This document shows, piece by piece, positions 58,277 to 64,000 of a stretch of 64,000 nucleotides of DNA. How positions within the stretch are numbered: position 1 is the first letter of the stretch; each line of letters begins with the position of its first letter. Source of the DNA: the human T2T-CHM13v2.0 reference genome, Homo sapiens. The stretch lies in NCBI RefSeq assembly GCF_009914755.1, contig NC_060945.1; one strand, 5' to 3'. Below the pieces are notes generated by a model. It did not search any database, was not told the DNA's origin, and saw only the letters and a program-made list of their open reading frames with translations. The position numbers and the translations under genes are program-made.

Positions 58277-58458
58277 CCACACCCTGGTACAGACCATAGC
58301 TCGGGGTGTCTTCGAAGCTATCGTAGATCAGTCTCCTTTTGTGCCTGAAGAGACGATGGAGGAACAGAAGACAAAAGTGGGTGATGGTGACCTCTCTGCT
58401 GAGGAGATACCTGAAAATGAGGTATCCTTGAGAAGAGCTGTCAGTAAAAAGAAGACAG
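58277..58458 (+). CDS. RRP1B: RRP1B exon 8, HTLVQTIARGVFEAIVDQSPFVPEETMEEQKTKVGDGDLSAEEIPENEVSLRRAVSKKKT
   Basis: ccctcag| and |GTAGGA, 182 nt; cumulative CDS 796 nt in frame; the gene continues beyond the window end. Confidence 0.95.
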
Positions 58459-59209
58459 GTAGGAGGATGTTCTTGGTCAGTGTAGCTTTCTTTCTGCTAA
58501 AATCCTCCTCAGACAAACAGTTTTTAATACATTTGTTGGCATCTTACTGAATGCAACCTAGAGTTGATGGCTCTGCCTCAGCCCCTCCCAAGAAAGGCAG
58601 CAGAGGTGGGTTCATTGTGCCTGGGGGGTGCCTAGCGGGGCTCTGGGGAGACCTGAGATCTGTCCCATGTGGCATACACACATTTCTGTACCTCTCAGGA
58701 TCTCAGGACTCTCCTCGAGGATTTTACCATTGTCACTGCTAGTGCTTTTTGTTTGCTTTGTTGTTTTTTGTTTGACACGCTAACACCTTAGCATGCATGG
58801 CCTCATTTCTACGGGTTACTCGAGGGACGTACGCTTGTTTCTGTGGCTGTCCTTTCTCAACTCATGGCTTCCTTCAGGGAATGTTTTTCTTTTTCTTGGG
58901 ATGTTTAAATGCCTACTGTGTACTGACATAATTCTTACTACTGTTTTGTGTCTGGACTTAATGTAGAATGTGCATTTGAAGTTGCAGGCCCATCCAAACT
59001 CTCACCACAGTGCTTTATGGCATCTGAATGCACAAAATAAGGGAAATGGTTAGATCACAGCTTACCCATGCTTTTGAAGTGTTGTATACCCATTTAAAAG
59101 CAAAGCTCCTAAAAACTAAGGACCAAAGGAAATGTGACAGACATATATATATATTTTTTAAAGCAGGGTACAAACTCTACATAGAAGGAGTCTGATTTGT
59201 TGTTTGGGT

Positions 59210-61752
<2,543 letters not shown>

Positions 61753-61799
61753 TGTTCGTGCTTTTAAAAAATCTGGAAGGATAAACCAAAATGTTTTAT

Positions 61800-63670
<1,871 letters not shown>

Positions 63671-64000
63671 GTCTGATTTTAAATTTGGTGTAGATAACAG
63701 AGTTGACTAAGGACCTGGAGCAAATTTTATGTGGTCATGGGAGTAGTCTCTGGGTCCCTCCGCTCCCCACATTTCTGTCGCCTAACCTGGACACAGACTC
63801 TCTTCCAAGTGCAGTTCCGGACGTTCCCTCCCAGTTGCGTTCATGAAACGTGTGCTGCGCCTGCCCCATCCTCCCCAGGCCTTGCCCTGATGTCGCACCA
63901 CTAATAAGCTTAGAGGGTTCCAGAAACAGTACACGTTTAAAATAATTTTGAGTTCTCCTGAGTCTGTTTAATCTGCTTCTTCATAGGCTGTAACACTCTG

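Overview
Primate (almost certainly human, chr21q22.3) genomic DNA with two head-to-head spliced genes sharing one CpG-island bidirectional promoter at ~41.0-41.1 kb. On the minus strand is the 5' part of HSF2BP (MEILB2, meiotic BRCA2 partner): a non-coding first exon plus five coding exons that splice in frame with GT-AG boundaries (c.1-574); the rest lies beyond the window start. On the plus strand are RRP1B exons 1-8 (c.1-796, Nop52 domain); the rest lies beyond the window end. The introns are mostly transposon debris: about 50 Alu pieces, nested L1s, L2, a near full-length Tigger1, Tigger2, MER5/MER30, ERV1/ERVL/MaLR LTRs and an ERV pol fragment. Tandem repeats include the forensic STR Penta D. 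Nearly all ORFs in the supplied track are Alu, L1 or low-complexity artefacts. I see no CRISPR array, RNA gene or clearly new gene system. The best leads are regulatory or structural: a 57-bp VNTR that multiplies MYB and PBX/MEIS sites, an overlapping uORF on RRP1B, an RRP1B intron open in frame except for the stop in its donor, a Tigger1 inserted inside an HSF2BP splice donor, a tailless Alu with a perfect TSD, an AAGGG array in an Alu tail, and a THE1 LTR placed to act as an alternative HSF2BP first exon. Gene and repeat names come from recognition, not from a search; repeat boundaries are approximate.
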